Part shown: one piece after another, positions 28,358 to 40,559 of the stretch
How the letters are laid out: every line of letters begins with the position of its first letter
Numbering within the stretch: the first letter of the stretch is position 1
NCBI GenBank assembly: GCA_030065755.1
Contig: JASJDA010000019.1
Span: 233 to 64,232 of the forward strand
Source of the DNA: Prochloraceae cyanobacterium
GTDB taxonomy: Bacteria; Cyanobacteriota; Cyanobacteriia; Cyanobacteriales; JASJDA01
DNA length: 64,000 nt
Reading direction: 5' to 3'
The notes under the pieces: model-generated
What the model saw: the letters and a program-made list of their open reading frames with translations, nothing else
Databases searched by the model: none
Told to the model about the DNA's origin: nothing
Position numbers and translations under genes: made by a program

Positions 28358-31171
28358 CTAAACTGGTTGTGCTACCTGGGGTTGGAATTGGAATAACGAA
28401 TACACTACATTACGACGAATGTCAACCATCATTTCCAAGAACATTTCATAACCTTCTTGCTTGTATTCAATTAGGGGATCTTTTTGACCGTAACCTCGCA
28501 AACCGATCGACTCTCGCAAACCATCCATTGCTTGTAGGTGTTCGCGCCACAGGTTGTCAATTTGATTCAAGATAAAGAATCTTTCTGCCTCGCGCATTAA
28601 GCCTGGCTTAATTTGGTCTACTTGAGCTTCTTTAAGATCGTAGGCTTTGCGTACTTCTTCGTGGAGAAAGTTTTTGATTTCGGTAGAGGTGAGGTTGTCG
28701 AGATCGCTGGGTTCTACGTCTTCCATTAGGTAGACAAACTGTATAACTTTCTTAACTAGATTGTCTAGATCCCATTCCTCTGGGGGTAATTCTGGGTTGA
28801 TATAGTAATTAACTATATCGTCCATAGTTTTTTCAGCGTACTCGATCACTTGCTCTTTAAGATCCAAACCTTCTAGTACCCGTCGGCGTTCGGCGTATAT
28901 AGCGCGGCGCTGGTTGTTCATTACTTCGTCGTATTCAAATACCTGTTTGCGGGTATCGTAGTAGAAGGTTTCTACTTTTTTCTGCGCCCCTTCTAGAGAA
29001 CGGGTGAGCATGGGTGATTCGATCGGCATATCTTCTTCAACCTGGAAGAAATTCATCAAACCCGCGACCCGTTCGCCGCCAAAAATCCGCAGTAGATTGT
29101 CTTGTAAACTCAAGAAGAATTTAGTCGAACCTGGGTCTCCTTGTCTTCCTGCACGACCTCGCAACTGGTTGTCAATGCGTCGCGACTCGTGGCGTTCGGT
29201 TCCAATAACGTGGAGCCCTCCCTTTTTGACTACTTCATTGTGTTCTTTACTGGTGTATTCTTCGTATTCTTGGCGAATAGTTTTATATACTTGCCGCAGT
29301 TTTTGAACGACTGGATCGTCTGTGGGAGCATTTTCACTAGCGATCGCTATTTTTTCTTCTGCTTCCAATTCTGGCAAACTTTGCTGACCGTATTCTTGTA
29401 CGGCAAACTTTACTGTTTCTTTGAGCATTCCCTCAGTTTCGGGGGATAATTGTGTGGGGAAAATCTCAGGGGATGCTCGCCAGGTTTTCACCTTTTTCTT
29501 CTCCAGCCCTGGATCGAAGCCTTGAGGTTTTTCTCGCCCTCCCAATGCTGGTATGCTTACTGCTAATTCGTCTTCTTCTGGGCGAACTATTTTAGGCATC
29601 AAATATTCTCGCACCTTCAGCCGCGCCATGTAATCAGCATTACCGCCCAAAATAATATCTGTACCCCGCCCTGCCATGTTTGTAGCTATTGTCAAAGCCC
29701 CTTTCCGCCCTGCTTGAGCAACAATTTCTGATTCTCTTTCTACGTTTTCTGGTCTAGCGTTGAGTAGGTTGTGGGGAATTTTCTTTTGCTGTAGCAGTGA
29801 AGAAAGCAATTCCGATTTTTCTACAGAAGTTGTTCCCACCAACACGGGACGACCTAACTCGTGCATTTCGGCGCATTCTTCTGCTAGGGCTTTCCATTTC
29901 CATTCTTCTTGTTTGTAGACCACATCTGGCAAGTCTCCCCGCCTAGAAGGTAAGTTGGTGGGAATTATAGTGACCTGGAGATTGTATACTTTTTCAAACT
30001 CTGTTTCTTCTGTTTTTGCCGTTCCTGTCATCCCTGCCAGTTTGGGATACAGCAGAAAGAAGTTTTGATAAGTAATAGTTGCCAGAGTCTGAGTTTCTTT
30101 TTGAATGTCCACTCTTTCTTTGGCTTCTATTGCTTGGTGAAGACCGTCACTCCAGCGCCTTCCAGCTAATACCCGTCCAGTAAATTCGTCTACAATTACT
30201 ACCTCTCCATTACGAACGATGTAGTTTACGTCTTGAGTAAATAATTCCTTCGCTTTAATGGCGTTAAATATGTAGTGAGCCCAAGGATTTTCTTGATCGT
30301 AGAGGTCTTTTACATTGAGGAGTTTTTCGGCTTCAGCAAACCCTTCATCGGTCATTATCACGTTGCGGGCTTTTTCATCTACTTCGTAGTGTCCTTGTCC
30401 TTCATTTTCCTCAGTTTCTTTGACGAGTAATTTCGCTATTTCCGCCGCTTTCATGTATTTTTCTGTGGGGCGTTCTACTTGTCCTGAGATAATTAAAGGG
30501 GTTCTTGCTTCGTCAACTAATACTGAGTCTACTTCGTCGATGATGCAGTAGTTAAAAGGACGCTGTACTACTTCTGCGCCAGAGGTTGCCATGTTATCCC
30601 GCAGGTAGTCGAAGCCCAATTCGCTGTTAGTGGTATATGTTATGTCGCAGGCGTAGTTTTTTTTGCGTTCTGGCGGGTTCATTCCTGCTTGTATTAGTCC
30701 TACACTCAGCCCTAAAAAGCGGTGTACTTGTCCCATCCACTCCGCATCTCGCCGTGCTAGATAGTCGTTAACCGTTACGACGTGTACCCCTTTCCCTGTC
30801 AAACCATTGAGATAAGCTGGTAAAGTCGATACTAGAGTTTTTCCTTCTCCTGTTTTCATCTCGGCAATTTGTCCGGAGTTCAGAACTATGCCCCCAAGTA
30901 ATTGCACGTCGTAGTGTCGCATCCCTAAAACGCGCACAGATGCTTCTCTTACTACTGCAAAAGCTTCTGGTAAAATGTCTTCTAGTATTTCTTCTCGTTC
31001 TCGATCGCTTTGGGCTTTTTCTATTTGCTCCCTAAACTCTACTGTCTTCTGTTTTAGTTGCTCGTCAGACAGTTTTTTTATCTCTTCCTCGAAAAGATTA
31101 ATTTCTGTAACTATTGGTTGAAATTTTTTCAGTTTTCGTGTATTAGGATCGCCCAGTAATCTTTTCAGCAT
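28358..31171 (-). CDS. secA: Preprotein translocase ATPase SecA
   Basis: 937 aa. [17 protein letters not shown]-terminus, Walker [39 protein letters not shown]. Confidence 0.97.
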   Translation of the reverse strand: MLKRLLGDPNTRKLKKFQPIVTEINLFEEEIKKLSDEQLKQKTVEFREQIEKAQSDREREEILEDILPEAFAVVREASVRVLGMRHYDVQLLGGIVLNSGQIAEMKTGEGKTLVSTLPAYLNGLTGKGVHVVTVNDYLARRDAEWMGQVHRFLGLSVGLIQAGMNPPERKKNYACDITYTTNSELGFDYLRDNMATSGAEVVQRPFNYCIIDEVDSVLVDEARTPLIISGQVERPTEKYMKAAEIAKLLVKETEENEGQGHYEVDEKARNVIMTDEGFAEAEKLLNVKDLYDQENPWAHYIFNAIKAKELFTQDVNYIVRNGEVVIVDEFTGRVLAGRRWSDGLHQAIEAKERVDIQKETQTLATITYQNFFLLYPKLAGMTGTAKTEETEFEKVYNLQVTIIPTNLPSRRGDLPDVVYKQEEWKWKALAEECAEMHELGRPVLVGTTSVEKSELLSSLLQQKKIPHNLLNARPENVERESEIVAQAGRKGALTIATNMAGRGTDIILGGNADYMARLKVREYLMPKIVRPEEDELAVSIPALGGREKPQGFDPGLEKKKVKTWRASPEIFPTQLSPETEGMLKETVKFAVQEYGQQSLPELEAEEKIAIASENAPTDDPVVQKLRQVYKTIRQEYEEYTSKEHNEVVKKGGLHVIGTERHESRRIDNQLRGRAGRQGDPGSTKFFLSLQDNLLRIFGGERVAGLMNFFQVEEDMPIESPMLTRSLEGAQKKVETFYYDTRKQVFEYDEVMNNQRRAIYAERRRVLEGLDLKEQVIEYAEKTMDDIVNYYINPELPPEEWDLDNLVKKVIQFVYLMEDVEPSDLDNLTSTEIKNFLHEEVRKAYDLKEAQVDQIKPGLMREAERFFILNQIDNLWREHLQAMDGLRESIGLRGYGQKDPLIEYKQEGYEMFLEMMVDIRRNVVYSLFQFQPQVAQPV

Positions 31172-31325
31172 AGTATTTTTGTTATCTGTTTTATGTCTTT
31201 GTGTTTATATTGCGATCGCTTGCTGCTCGTTGACAATTATAGATAGATATAAAAATATTATCATTATAGTCTTAGGTGTAGCAGTTACGGCAATAGTTAC
31301 ACTCTTGTTCGAGGGAGGTCAAAAC

Positions 31326-32651
31326 TTAGAATTTAGGAGGGCCAAGGCGAGTAGCAAAATTCTCCGAGCGAGTGGGGGATATTTGGCGAGCTTTGAGAAT
31401 TGCTCCTACTAAAAACATATAAGATAGAACTCCTACTAATGCTAAAACTAAAATACCGAGGGCTCCACTCAAAGCAGTTGAAGCATTCCACAAGGCGTGT
31501 AGGACAGACGAACTCAGATACCCAATTCCTAAAAGCTGCCAGCGCTTAGACGGTTTAAGTGCGCTTAAGCCGATAAAATAGCCAAAATAACCGCTATATG
31601 CCATGTGTCCGGCGACTGAACCGATTATTCTCGGAATTAGTAACTGAAGTCCTACTACTTCTCCAGATTCCTGAATGACTATATGAACGTATTGTCCTAC
31701 AGTTTCGAGTAAAGTGAAACCAGCAGCCGAAGCAGTTGCTATTAAAATTGCGTCGAGAGGTTCTCTAACCCCAATACGTTCTCGCCAAGGAGAGTCTAGC
31801 AGAGATCCCAACCACATCGCTGCAAACACTGGTATGGCTTTGAGCAACTCTTCCATTAATCCCGCGCCAAAAAACATCCGCACGAACAAAGGAAGAAAAG
31901 GTAAATTTGAATCTTGAGGTATGCTACCTGGGAGAATTTCGCGGAAAACGAAGATAAATAGCTTCAAAACGGGGCTATTTAAAATTATTATAGTGGCTAG
32001 AGCCGAACCTATAAGTAACCACCAAGGTTTATGCTTGCCAGCAAGTCGGTAGACAAAGTAAAAACCAGCCCCAGCTAGATAGGTTCCCAGTAAAAAGTTG
32101 AAAGCATCTGGATTGCCAATAGAAGTAAACAGCCCTATAACTAATAAAACCGTAATAATACCTGGTACCAGATAGGCTTTTTGTATTAAATCTTCTTTGG
32201 AGGAGAGAATAGGAACTAACTGGGTTATGTTAAGACCTGTATCGGTCTTTTGAGTCATTGGAGAACGTTTGGTTGGTTTTAATACTCTTTGTTGACAGTC
32301 AAAAATAAATTCTGGTCCCGATCGCCCCAAAGCAATGCTATCGCCAGTTTCTAAGATTTGACAGCCTTTCAAACGCCGACCGTTAACATAAGTGCCGTTG
32401 GAGCTTTCTAAGTCACATACCTGCCACAAAGGTGACCCATCTGATGCTACTAAGTTCAACGGACGAATTTCTACGTGCCTGCGAGAAACACCTTGATATT
32501 CTCTAGAGTCAATAATAATCTGACAACTCGGCGCTCTTCCTATTAAGAGTGATTGACTTGTTGATAGTGGATGATAACTATATTTTTCTTTACCTTGAAT
32601 GTCTGAGGTAAGCTGTTTGAGAAAAGCTTGGTATATATTTTGTCCGGTCAT
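31326..32651 (-). CDS. FHA domain fused to a PrsW-family intramembrane protease domain
   Basis: N-terminal FHA (LIGRAPSCQIII...VSRRHVEI...SSNGTYVNGRRL). The C-terminal polytopic domain has GLMEELLKAIP and HALWNAS motifs, typical of PrsW. Confidence 0.8.
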   Translation of the reverse strand: MTGQNIYQAFLKQLTSDIQGKEKYSYHPLSTSQSLLIGRAPSCQIIIDSREYQGVSRRHVEIRPLNLVASDGSPLWQVCDLESSNGTYVNGRRLKGCQILETGDSIALGRSGPEFIFDCQQRVLKPTKRSPMTQKTDTGLNITQLVPILSSKEDLIQKAYLVPGIITVLLVIGLFTSIGNPDAFNFLLGTYLAGAGFYFVYRLAGKHKPWWLLIGSALATIIILNSPVLKLFIFVFREILPGSIPQDSNLPFLPLFVRMFFGAGLMEELLKAIPVFAAMWLGSLLDSPWRERIGVREPLDAILIATASAAGFTLLETVGQYVHIVIQESGEVVGLQLLIPRIIGSVAGHMAYSGYFGYFIGLSALKPSKRWQLLGIGYLSSSVLHALWNASTALSGALGILVLALVGVLSYMFLVGAILKARQISPTRSENFATRLGPPKF

Positions 32652-33184
32652 CTCAAAATTTTGCCTGATTTTTTAGAAAGAGCCAAGACAAACGAGAAAA
32701 GTCCTTTACCTTCAAAGGTACATAAATTTTATCGAGCTTTTGTACCTTACTTGTTTTTTGACATTCGTCTCGCTTTAGCTTTTACGGAAAAAAAGCTACT
32801 AGTAACCCAGGAATTGGGAACAAGGGGAGTCAGCACCAAGATGTTTTGACCAGCACGCAGTAAACTTACGGGGCTTTTTAAACCCCCTCGTTTTCTCATT
32901 TATTTCAGTAATTTAGCCATCGGAGCCTTTGCGAGTTATTTTTAGACACAATGTTTTTTATTATAATTTAATATTAATTTTACAATCTTATTGACTCTTT
33001 AGTTTAAATTATTCCTATAATTGCCATTTTACTCAAAAAGTAGTCATAGCTGATTGTTTTGAAGTATATAAGTAAAAATTATGTTTAAAACAATTTAAAG
33101 AGTCTACAGTATAGTAAGTCAATAGGAAAAAAACTCCCGAAAATAAATAAAAACTTTAGTAATAAAATTTTTGAGTTCTTAACT

Positions 33185-33553
33185 ATGATCGAGCCTTCTG
33201 TTCTAAAAAGCAAATTGGAAAATTTTATCGGCAGCACTTCTGATGTAGAAGGAGCGGTTTTAGTAAGCCCTGATGGCTTAACAATAACCTCTGTTCTACC
33301 TAACGCTTTAGATGACGAACGAACCTCAGCAATGTCAGCAGCGATGCTGTCCTTAGGGGATTGTATTGCTAAAGATTTAGCTAGAGGAGATATAGAGCGG
33401 GTTTTGGTTGAGGGATTAACAGGTTATGGGATTGTAGTTGGCTGCGGTGAAGATATGGTTTTGCTGGTTTTGGCGAATAAAAATGGTAAGCAAGGAATAC
33501 TGTTTCTAGCCATTAATAGCTTAGTCAAAGAAATTTCACCCTTACTAGTTTGA
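33185..33553 (+). CDS. Roadblock/LC7 (MglB-like) domain protein
   Basis: 122 aa. VEGAVLVSPDGLTITS and ERTSAMSAAMLSLG patterns. Confidence 0.8.
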   Translation: MIEPSVLKSKLENFIGSTSDVEGAVLVSPDGLTITSVLPNALDDERTSAMSAAMLSLGDCIAKDLARGDIERVLVEGLTGYGIVVGCGEDMVLLVLANKNGKQGILFLAINSLVKEISPLLV

Positions 33554-33593
33554 TCGATGTAAAGTATCCTGAAAAGAGATTTTGAGGCAAATA

Positions 33594-34331
33594 ATGTCTT
33601 TGCAACGTCGCGACGGTCGTCAAAAAGACCAACTACGTCCTGTCCGTTTTGAAATAGATTATACTCCCTTTGCTGCTGGCTCTGTTTTAACTTGTTGTGG
33701 CGAAACTAGAGTACTTTGTACGGCTAGCATAGAATCAGGAGTACCGAAATTTCTCGCAGATAGTGGTAGCGGTTGGCTAACTGCTGAATATCGAATGCTA
33801 CCATCGGCAACCCAGCAACGCCAACAAAGAGAATTTATGCGTCTTTCCGGACGCACTCAAGAAATTCAACGCCTAATTGGACGAAGTTTGCGCGCAAGCA
33901 TCGATCTTAAAGGTCTCGGAGAGAGAACTATTATTATTGATGCTGACGTGTTGAGTGCAGATGCTGGTACTCGTACCACCTCGATCGTGGGGGGTTATGT
34001 GGCTTTAGCTTCTGCTATTAATAAATTAGTTCAAAGAGGAGAATTAGAAAAATCTCCTTTGCACGATCGAGTGGCAGCAGTTTCGGTAGGACTTATTGAA
34101 GGAGAACCATTTCTAGATTTAAATTACTCAGAAGATGTGGCTGCTGAGGTGGATTTTAATGTAGTGATGAGACAAGATCTAAGCATAATTGAAGTCCAAG
34201 GAACAGCCGAGTCGGGAAGTTACACTAGAACTCAGTTAAATAAGATTTTGGACTTAGCAGAGAAAGGGATTAAAGAGTTGTTGGTGGCGCAAAAAAAAGC
34301 TTTAAGTGCTTGCCAAAAAACTGAGAACTAA
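33594..34331 (+). CDS. rph: Ribonuclease PH
   Basis: [15 protein letters not shown]..., [37 protein letters not shown] at 33594 is preferred over the TTG at 33582. Confidence 0.93.
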   Translation: MSLQRRDGRQKDQLRPVRFEIDYTPFAAGSVLTCCGETRVLCTASIESGVPKFLADSGSGWLTAEYRMLPSATQQRQQREFMRLSGRTQEIQRLIGRSLRASIDLKGLGERTIIIDADVLSADAGTRTTSIVGGYVALASAINKLVQRGELEKSPLHDRVAAVSVGLIEGEPFLDLNYSEDVAAEVDFNVVMRQDLSIIEVQGTAESGSYTRTQLNKILDLAEKGIKELLVAQKKALSACQKTEN

Positions 34332-34392
34332 TCAGTTTTTTGACATCTAGCCGACGCTGACAAATGGGGGAAAGCGCGGCGGTTTTTTAGCT

Positions 34393-35325
34393 TCACAAGG
34401 AGGCATTATTCTTGTTAGTTATATCGTCTTCTATTTGATTCTTTTTACGAAAGAAAATAAAATAGGCGATCGCGTTAATTATAAGTAGGGCGACTAAAGT
34501 AGTTTTAGGGTTTAACTTTTCAGTTAAAAAAATTGAAGGTGAAGGTAGAGCAGAAAACTTGTAATTTACTAATAAAGCTACATACAAATTATTAACTGCG
34601 TGAGTAGCAATAGCTAATTCTAATCCGTTATCTTTAATTGTTATTATTGCGAAAAATAATCCCATAGTTAAATAAATACCTATCCAAAAGATTAATGAAG
34701 ATTGACTACTGAGTACTTCGGGATTTAATAAGTGGACTAAACAAAAAATTAAAGAGGAAAACAATATAGACAAAAAACTATTAAATTTGAGACCGAATAA
34801 CTGTATCAGATAACCGCGAAAGAATAGCTCTTCGATAGTAGTTTGAATAGGGGTCAAGATTAGAGCTATTGGCAGAAATACTAAGAACTTTTCTGCTTCA
34901 AAAGTCAATTGATAACTCGCGTTAAAAACTAAGTAATTAATGAGATCGATCGCCAATAATAAAACAAAATAGATGCTAAATCCTTCGATAATTCTTTTCC
35001 AGTTAATCCGATCTCTAGGAGTAATAAGTGTAAGTAGCGATCGCTTGTGAATGAGAAGAACTGCTAGATATAAACCTAAAGCAAAAAAAACAAAGGCAAA
35101 ATTGAGAGTTATATAGCTCCAAATTACATCTATACCCTCAATTCTTTGGGTAGCTTCGTCGAACGTAGTATTAGGATTATTATCAAATAGCACTATTGAT
35201 AGTAAAACACTGTAGGGGATTACACCCAGAAACATCCAAAAAAATAAAATCAGAGTAATTGAGACTAAATAACGCCACCCCTGATTTTTTCCTAATTGAG
35301 CTAACTTTAGATATTTTTTAGTCAT
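34393..35325 (-). CDS. CPBP-family (CAAX) intramembrane glutamic protease
   Basis: Motifs EELFFRGYL, FCLVHLLN and HAVNN in a polytopic membrane protein. Confidence 0.85.
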   Translation of the reverse strand: MTKKYLKLAQLGKNQGWRYLVSITLILFFWMFLGVIPYSVLLSIVLFDNNPNTTFDEATQRIEGIDVIWSYITLNFAFVFFALGLYLAVLLIHKRSLLTLITPRDRINWKRIIEGFSIYFVLLLAIDLINYLVFNASYQLTFEAEKFLVFLPIALILTPIQTTIEELFFRGYLIQLFGLKFNSFLSILFSSLIFCLVHLLNPEVLSSQSSLIFWIGIYLTMGLFFAIITIKDNGLELAIATHAVNNLYVALLVNYKFSALPSPSIFLTEKLNPKTTLVALLIINAIAYFIFFRKKNQIEDDITNKNNASL

Positions 35326-35678
35326 TATTCAATGTAATGTCCTAAGGATTCCCCTACCTCGACAGAAGTGAGCCATGAAGGCAAACAAAGTGGCAGGTAG
35401 GAACTGATAACTGTTTGCTGTTTGCTGGTAACTGTTATATATAAACTTACGATCGCCACTCAATAAAGGAAAAATTGCTAGAAATTAAGATTTATTGAAT
35501 TTTAACAAGATTTTAGTAACTAAAATATTCGAGTTAACCCCTATCAGTCAAAGAGTTTAGGCGATCGATACTGACTTTCATCTGGGTTTAGCGTTCGCTC
35601 AGCAACGTGAGACAATTCTAAGACAATTAACACGAGCTTTTGCCCCAAGTGGATCGTTGGTAAAGGGAGAAATAATTT

Positions 35679-37205
35679 ATGAAATTAGCTTACTGGATGT
35701 ATGCAGGCCCAGCACATATTGGCACTCTACGCATTGCCAGTTCTTTTAAAAACGTTCATGCTATCATGCACGCACCTCTTGGCGACGACTACTTTAACGT
35801 GATGCGCTCTATGTTAGAAAGAGAAAGAGACTTCACCCCTGTAACTGCCAGTGTGGTCGATCGAAATGTTCTGGCACGGGGTTCTCAAGAAAAAGTAGTC
35901 GATAATATCGTGCGCAAAGATGGAGAAGAAAACCCCGACTTAATTGTTTTAACTCCCACTTGTACTTCAAGCATTCTACAAGAAGACTTAGAAAACTTCG
36001 TCTCTCGTGCTCAGATGGATACTAAGGGAGACGTGATGTTAGCAGATGTCAACCACTATAGAGTCAACGAACTACAAGCAGCCGATCGCACCCTACATCA
36101 AATAGTCCAATTTTATATTGAGAAAGCTCGTAAAAAAGGGGAACTCCCACAAGGAAAAACAGAAAAACCCTCGGTTAACATTATCGGGATCTCCACTCTC
36201 GCCTTTCACAACCAGCACGACTGCACGGAATTGAAGCGTTTAATGGCAGATTTGGGGATCGAGGTCAATGAAGTAATTCCTGAAGGTGCTTCCGTACACA
36301 ACCTAAAAAACCTACCTCGCGCTTGGTTTAACCTGGTACCCTATCGGGAGCTAGGTTTGATGGCAGCTCGTTACTTAGAAGAAGAGTTTGGAATGCCATA
36401 TGTAGATATTACCCCCATGGGCGTGGTAGAAACAGCGCGCTGCATTCGCCAAATTCAAAAAGTGCTTAACGATCGAGGAGCAAATTTAGACTACGAGGAG
36501 TACATAAATAATCAAACTCTCTACGTTTCTGAAGCTGCTTGGTTCTCGAGATCGATCGACTGTCAGAATTTAACAGGTAAAAAAGCCGTAGTATTTGGGG
36601 ACAGTACCCACGCTGCAGCTATGACTAAAATTTTGGCGCGGGAGATGGGTATAAAAGTAGTTTGGGCTGGCACTTATTGCAAATACGATGCAGACTGGTT
36701 CCGCGAACAAGTGAGCGAATATTGTGAGGAAGTCATTATTAGCGAGGACAACGGCGAAATTGGGGACGCGATCGCTCGAGTCGAACCCTCTGCTATTTTT
36801 GGTACCCAAATGGAACGACACGTTGGCAAGCGTTTGAATATACCTTGTGGCGTTATTGCTCCCCCAATTCACATCCAAAACTTCCCGATCGGTTACAAAC
36901 CATTTTTAGGTTACGAAGGGACTAATCAAATTACCGATCTCGTTTATAATTCATTTACTTTGGGAATGGAAGACCACCTATTAGAAATCTTTGGCGGACA
37001 CGATACTAAGGAAGCGATACACAAAGGAATTTCTGCTGATTCTGACCTAAATTGGAGCAAAGAAGCTAAAGCAGAGTTAAATAAGGTACCTGGTTTTGTG
37101 CGGGGTAAGGTGAAGCGCAATACTGAAAAATTTGCGAGAGAGCGCAATTTAACTGAAATTACTCTTGAAGTAATGTATGCAGCTAAAGAGGCTGTTGGTG
37201 CTTAG
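35679..37205 (+). CDS. chlB: Light-independent protochlorophyllide reductase subunit B
   Basis: 508 aa. [40 protein letters not shown]-terminus, diagnostic of ChlB. Confidence 0.97.
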   Translation: MKLAYWMYAGPAHIGTLRIASSFKNVHAIMHAPLGDDYFNVMRSMLERERDFTPVTASVVDRNVLARGSQEKVVDNIVRKDGEENPDLIVLTPTCTSSILQEDLENFVSRAQMDTKGDVMLADVNHYRVNELQAADRTLHQIVQFYIEKARKKGELPQGKTEKPSVNIIGISTLAFHNQHDCTELKRLMADLGIEVNEVIPEGASVHNLKNLPRAWFNLVPYRELGLMAARYLEEEFGMPYVDITPMGVVETARCIRQIQKVLNDRGANLDYEEYINNQTLYVSEAAWFSRSIDCQNLTGKKAVVFGDSTHAAAMTKILAREMGIKVVWAGTYCKYDADWFREQVSEYCEEVIISEDNGEIGDAIARVEPSAIFGTQMERHVGKRLNIPCGVIAPPIHIQNFPIGYKPFLGYEGTNQITDLVYNSFTLGMEDHLLEIFGGHDTKEAIHKGISADSDLNWSKEAKAELNKVPGFVRGKVKRNTEKFARERNLTEITLEVMYAAKEAVGA

Positions 37206-37233
37206 TTAAGGGGTCGAGCAGTCTGAAATTTCA

Positions 37234-37267
37234 AAGGGTATTTTTAATTAAATACCCTTATATTTTT
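37234..37267 (+). terminator. Rho-independent terminator after chlB
   Basis: aagggtattt / aaataccctt form a 10-bp stem with a 6-nt loop, followed by atattttt. Confidence 0.6.
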
Positions 37268-37596
37268 GATAATATAAACTAATACAAAACAATCGTAAAA
37301 ACTATCTCAATTCGTCGTTGAGAAAAATGTTGAATTTACTGCTAATTAAGTGTAAGAGGTTTTGTCTTACTATTGTCTTACGAATTTATACAAACTAATT
37401 ATTACGCCAATATAAAAATTAGTTCGTCGATCTCTATTTATTCGTTATCTTTTGGTGAGTTTTTAATACCAGACTACTTAAACATTTGTACCTAAAGTTT
37501 AAGAAACACTATTAAAAAATACAAATAAATTCATAAGTCTGCGATAAAAGTTACTTAAACAGTTGTCTAACAGCAGTAAATAACAGGAGATTGTGC

Positions 37597-38022
37597 GTGA
37601 ACGCAGCAGAACAAGCTAGAGGCTTAAACGTTTCCACTAAAATTGCCGCTCTAATCAATTTGTTCAAGTCTGAGTTTCCCGATGCCAAGGCAGATCTAAA
37701 ACCTTGGAGAAACGACCCCGAAACCCTTTCTTGGGTAGATCCAGATTCGATCGATATTGGCTTTCACTTTCCAGGTTGGAGTAGACGTATCAATTGTCAC
37801 AGCATCTTAGTACAGATTCGCTTTTACCAAGATCCCCTGGATGCCAAAAAAAGATTAATTGGCATAGAAACCGCAGGATTTAGCCATCAAGGACAAGCTT
37901 GGCGACTCTCGACAGTGGAAAACTGGCAATTTTTTGGCAGCTATCAACCTGCTATTGAACCAAAAGAGCAAATCAAACATTTCTGTCGTAACGTATTTGA
38001 GTTATTCGATCGCTCTTTGTGA
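37597..38022 (+). CDS. Hypothetical protein
   Basis: ORF with aggaga 6 nt upstream of the GTG at 37597. It is translationally coupled (ATGA overlap) to the next ORF. Confidence 0.55.
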   Translation: MNAAEQARGLNVSTKIAALINLFKSEFPDAKADLKPWRNDPETLSWVDPDSIDIGFHFPGWSRRINCHSILVQIRFYQDPLDAKKRLIGIETAGFSHQGQAWRLSTVENWQFFGSYQPAIEPKEQIKHFCRNVFELFDRSL

Positions 38023-38618
38023 TGAAGCTTTTAATATTAGGATTGTTGGGAGGAGTTGCTCTTATGGTTCCTATGCTTCAATCAATAGTGCAGCTTGCAA
38101 TTAGCTATCCATTAGTTACTCGTTACTCGATCGCAACAAAAAATACTTCTCAGAAGTGTCCAGTCGATCTGGAGAGTTTAACTTCTTTAATGCTAGAAGA
38201 CCTTCCGAATTACACTAATCGAGTTATTCGTCAGTCTTCCACACCCCAAAGGTCAAATAGAACCCGTCGGTCTGTCATTTTAGCCGGAAAGCCAGAGTTT
38301 GAACCTCTCCCTCTTTCTCAGAATCAATATAGCCCTCTGTTCTCTGAATCACCCGAACAGGTATTTTTCACTACTTTAGAGCGGCAATATCTTGACGATC
38401 GAGTTCTTGAGGTTCAAAATTATCACTGGCTGTTTCTTTCCCAAACAAAAAGCGGCTGGAGATTGGTAATGCTCTTTTCTCGTTTGGGTTCTACCTCAAA
38501 AGCTCGACCTCCTTTACCACCAAGGGAAACTAGTAACAGCGCGATCGGTCAAGCTGTTCGCCTCTGGTTGAGAGATTGTCGTGCTGGTGCTATTAGACCT
38601 ATAGAAAAGTCAAAATAG
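38019..38618 (+). CDS. Hypothetical protein with an N-terminal TM/signal segment
   Basis: 199 aa. Has a 4-nt overlap with the upstream ORF. No recognisable domain. Confidence 0.55.
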   Translation: MMKLLILGLLGGVALMVPMLQSIVQLAISYPLVTRYSIATKNTSQKCPVDLESLTSLMLEDLPNYTNRVIRQSSTPQRSNRTRRSVILAGKPEFEPLPLSQNQYSPLFSESPEQVFFTTLERQYLDDRVLEVQNYHWLFLSQTKSGWRLVMLFSRLGSTSKARPPLPPRETSNSAIGQAVRLWLRDCRAGAIRPIEKSK

Positions 38619-38734
38619 CAAGGGTTTGAAATAAAAATTTACTTGCTCGTACTTGACCTATTTTTCTGGCGTTGCTTGCAGTTAAGTACGAGTAGATAAT
38701 AAATTAATTAAATCCCAAACAATTTTTTTAGAGT

Positions 38735-39256
38735 ATGAAGAGAAAAAATAAAAATAGGTTTGAGAAAATTTTGAGTATTTTTGTGTTCTTATTGCTCGGT
38801 CTCAATCTACTCATATTAGCTCCCCAAAAGGCAATAGCGCAAGAAACTCAACTCAATTACACTCTCAGCGAATTGCGCAATCGAGATTTTTCCGAGCAAA
38901 ATTTACAAGGAGCTTCTTTTGCGGGTGCAGACGTGCGGGGATCTTCCTTTAAAGGAGCGAATTTAAAAAAAACAATCCTTACTAAAGGTTCTTTTATTAA
39001 GACCGATTTAAGAGGAGCTGACCTTTCAAAATCATTTGCCGATCGAGCTATATTTGACGATTCCGATCTCAGTAATGCTATTTTTGTCGATGCTATTCTT
39101 AGTAGCAGCACTTTTTACCATACGACTATTACAGGGGCAGATTTTTCTGACGCAATTATCGATCGCTATCAAGTATCTTTAATGTGTAAAACAGCAGAAG
39201 GAGTTAATCCAGTTACAGGAGTTTCAACTAGAGAAAGTTTGGGTTGTCCCGAATGA
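38735..39256 (+). CDS. Pentapeptide repeat protein with signal peptide
   Basis: After a signal sequence: [42 protein letters not shown]... Confidence 0.85.
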   Translation: MKRKNKNRFEKILSIFVFLLLGLNLLILAPQKAIAQETQLNYTLSELRNRDFSEQNLQGASFAGADVRGSSFKGANLKKTILTKGSFIKTDLRGADLSKSFADRAIFDDSDLSNAIFVDAILSSSTFYHTTITGADFSDAIIDRYQVSLMCKTAEGVNPVTGVSTRESLGCPE

Positions 39257-40378
39257 AACTGTTAATAAACCTGCAGTGGTGGAGCTTTCTGGGACTTTAG
39301 TGGTATTTTTGGAGCCAAATAGTTCCTCTCTACCTTCTGGTGAGTTGAACATATCGCCGTTGCTGTGTTCGACCCCCTCAACAATTACCTTCCTGTGTGT
39401 CCGAGCGCCATAAAAGTCTTCAAGATAGTTAAAGTAAATAGTACCTCTTTCTAAACGTTGAGAACCCTGCAACATAGCTCTACAACCTTTAGCTAAGCTA
39501 GAATAATTTGGGTCGTTGTCTTCGTTACCAAGCAAATAAACAACGTCTCTGTCTTTATACTGGTCTCTAATTCCGTCTGCACCAACTCGAGCGGGATAAT
39601 CAAACAAGTCGTCAAGACCATATCTCCATTCGTTGTATCTAGAACAAGCCTCAATAGTTTCTGCATCTGGAATTTCAAACTTGTCTAGAGTTCCTTTTAC
39701 GACCCTTTTGCCATCCAAGTAAAGGTAAGAAGAAGGATTAGCAACTACGTATTTCACGCGAACTCCTTCTGGTTCGACTTGAGTTGAAGCCGCATAGCGG
39801 TTGACAAATTGTCCCCCTGCTGAGTGACCAGCAACGACTATCTCCTTTAAATTGGGGAATAGATCGGAATTGGTTAAGGTTGCAATCATGTCATCGACAA
39901 TGCTATAAGTGCTGTAACGGAATGGGTCACTATTGCTACTCCCGCTTTTCCAACCACCACTGCTCCAAGACAGATATTCATCTTCTGGAAGACCTAATTT
40001 TACTAGATCGTCATCAGTGAGAAATTGAGGAGCGATAATCATTGTATTGTCTTCGGCTTCAGCATTAATGGCGGCGTTTAACATATTCTCATAATAAACA
40101 TCCGCGTTGCGGTTAGTGCCGTGAATGACAATTACAGCTCGCTCGAGATCTGAATTAGTAGCGTCTAAGGAGTAATTATTACAGTAACGAAGACTTCCTG
40201 TATTTCCGTCAGAGTTAACTGACCATATATTGTCGCACATACCAGTTGGGCCTGCGTGAGCAGGTGCCTGATTCGACAAAACAGCCGCTGTACCGAAAAG
40301 AAAACTGCCTAATTTTGCTATTTTTTTTATTTTAAATTGATTGAAGATGCTGAGAGTATTTTCTAATTTAAAAACCAT
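39224..40378 (-). CDS. Secreted alpha/beta hydrolase
   Basis: Signal peptide and nucleophile elbow AGHSAGG. 384 aa. Its 3' end overlaps the convergent pentapeptide gene by 33 nt. Confidence 0.7.
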   Translation of the reverse strand: MVFKLENTLSIFNQFKIKKIAKLGSFLFGTAAVLSNQAPAHAGPTGMCDNIWSVNSDGNTGSLRYCNNYSLDATNSDLERAVIVIHGTNRNADVYYENMLNAAINAEAEDNTMIIAPQFLTDDDLVKLGLPEDEYLSWSSGGWKSGSSNSDPFRYSTYSIVDDMIATLTNSDLFPNLKEIVVAGHSAGGQFVNRYAASTQVEPEGVRVKYVVANPSSYLYLDGKRVVKGTLDKFEIPDAETIEACSRYNEWRYGLDDLFDYPARVGADGIRDQYKDRDVVYLLGNEDNDPNYSSLAKGCRAMLQGSQRLERGTIYFNYLEDFYGARTHRKVIVEGVEHSNGDMFNSPEGREELFGSKNTTKVPESSTTAGLLTVSFGTTQTFSS

Positions 40379-40559
40379 AATTTTAAACCCTTAAAGACAG
40401 ATCTTTAAATCGAGCAAACAGATTATCTTGATAAAAAAATGACATACCGTGATGTCACTTAGATAAAAATATTGAGAAAATGTGACAAATTTGAGACAAA
40501 AAAGAGTCAAAATTAGGTTAGATAAATTTTATTTAAAAAAATATTTAATGGGGTGTTTG

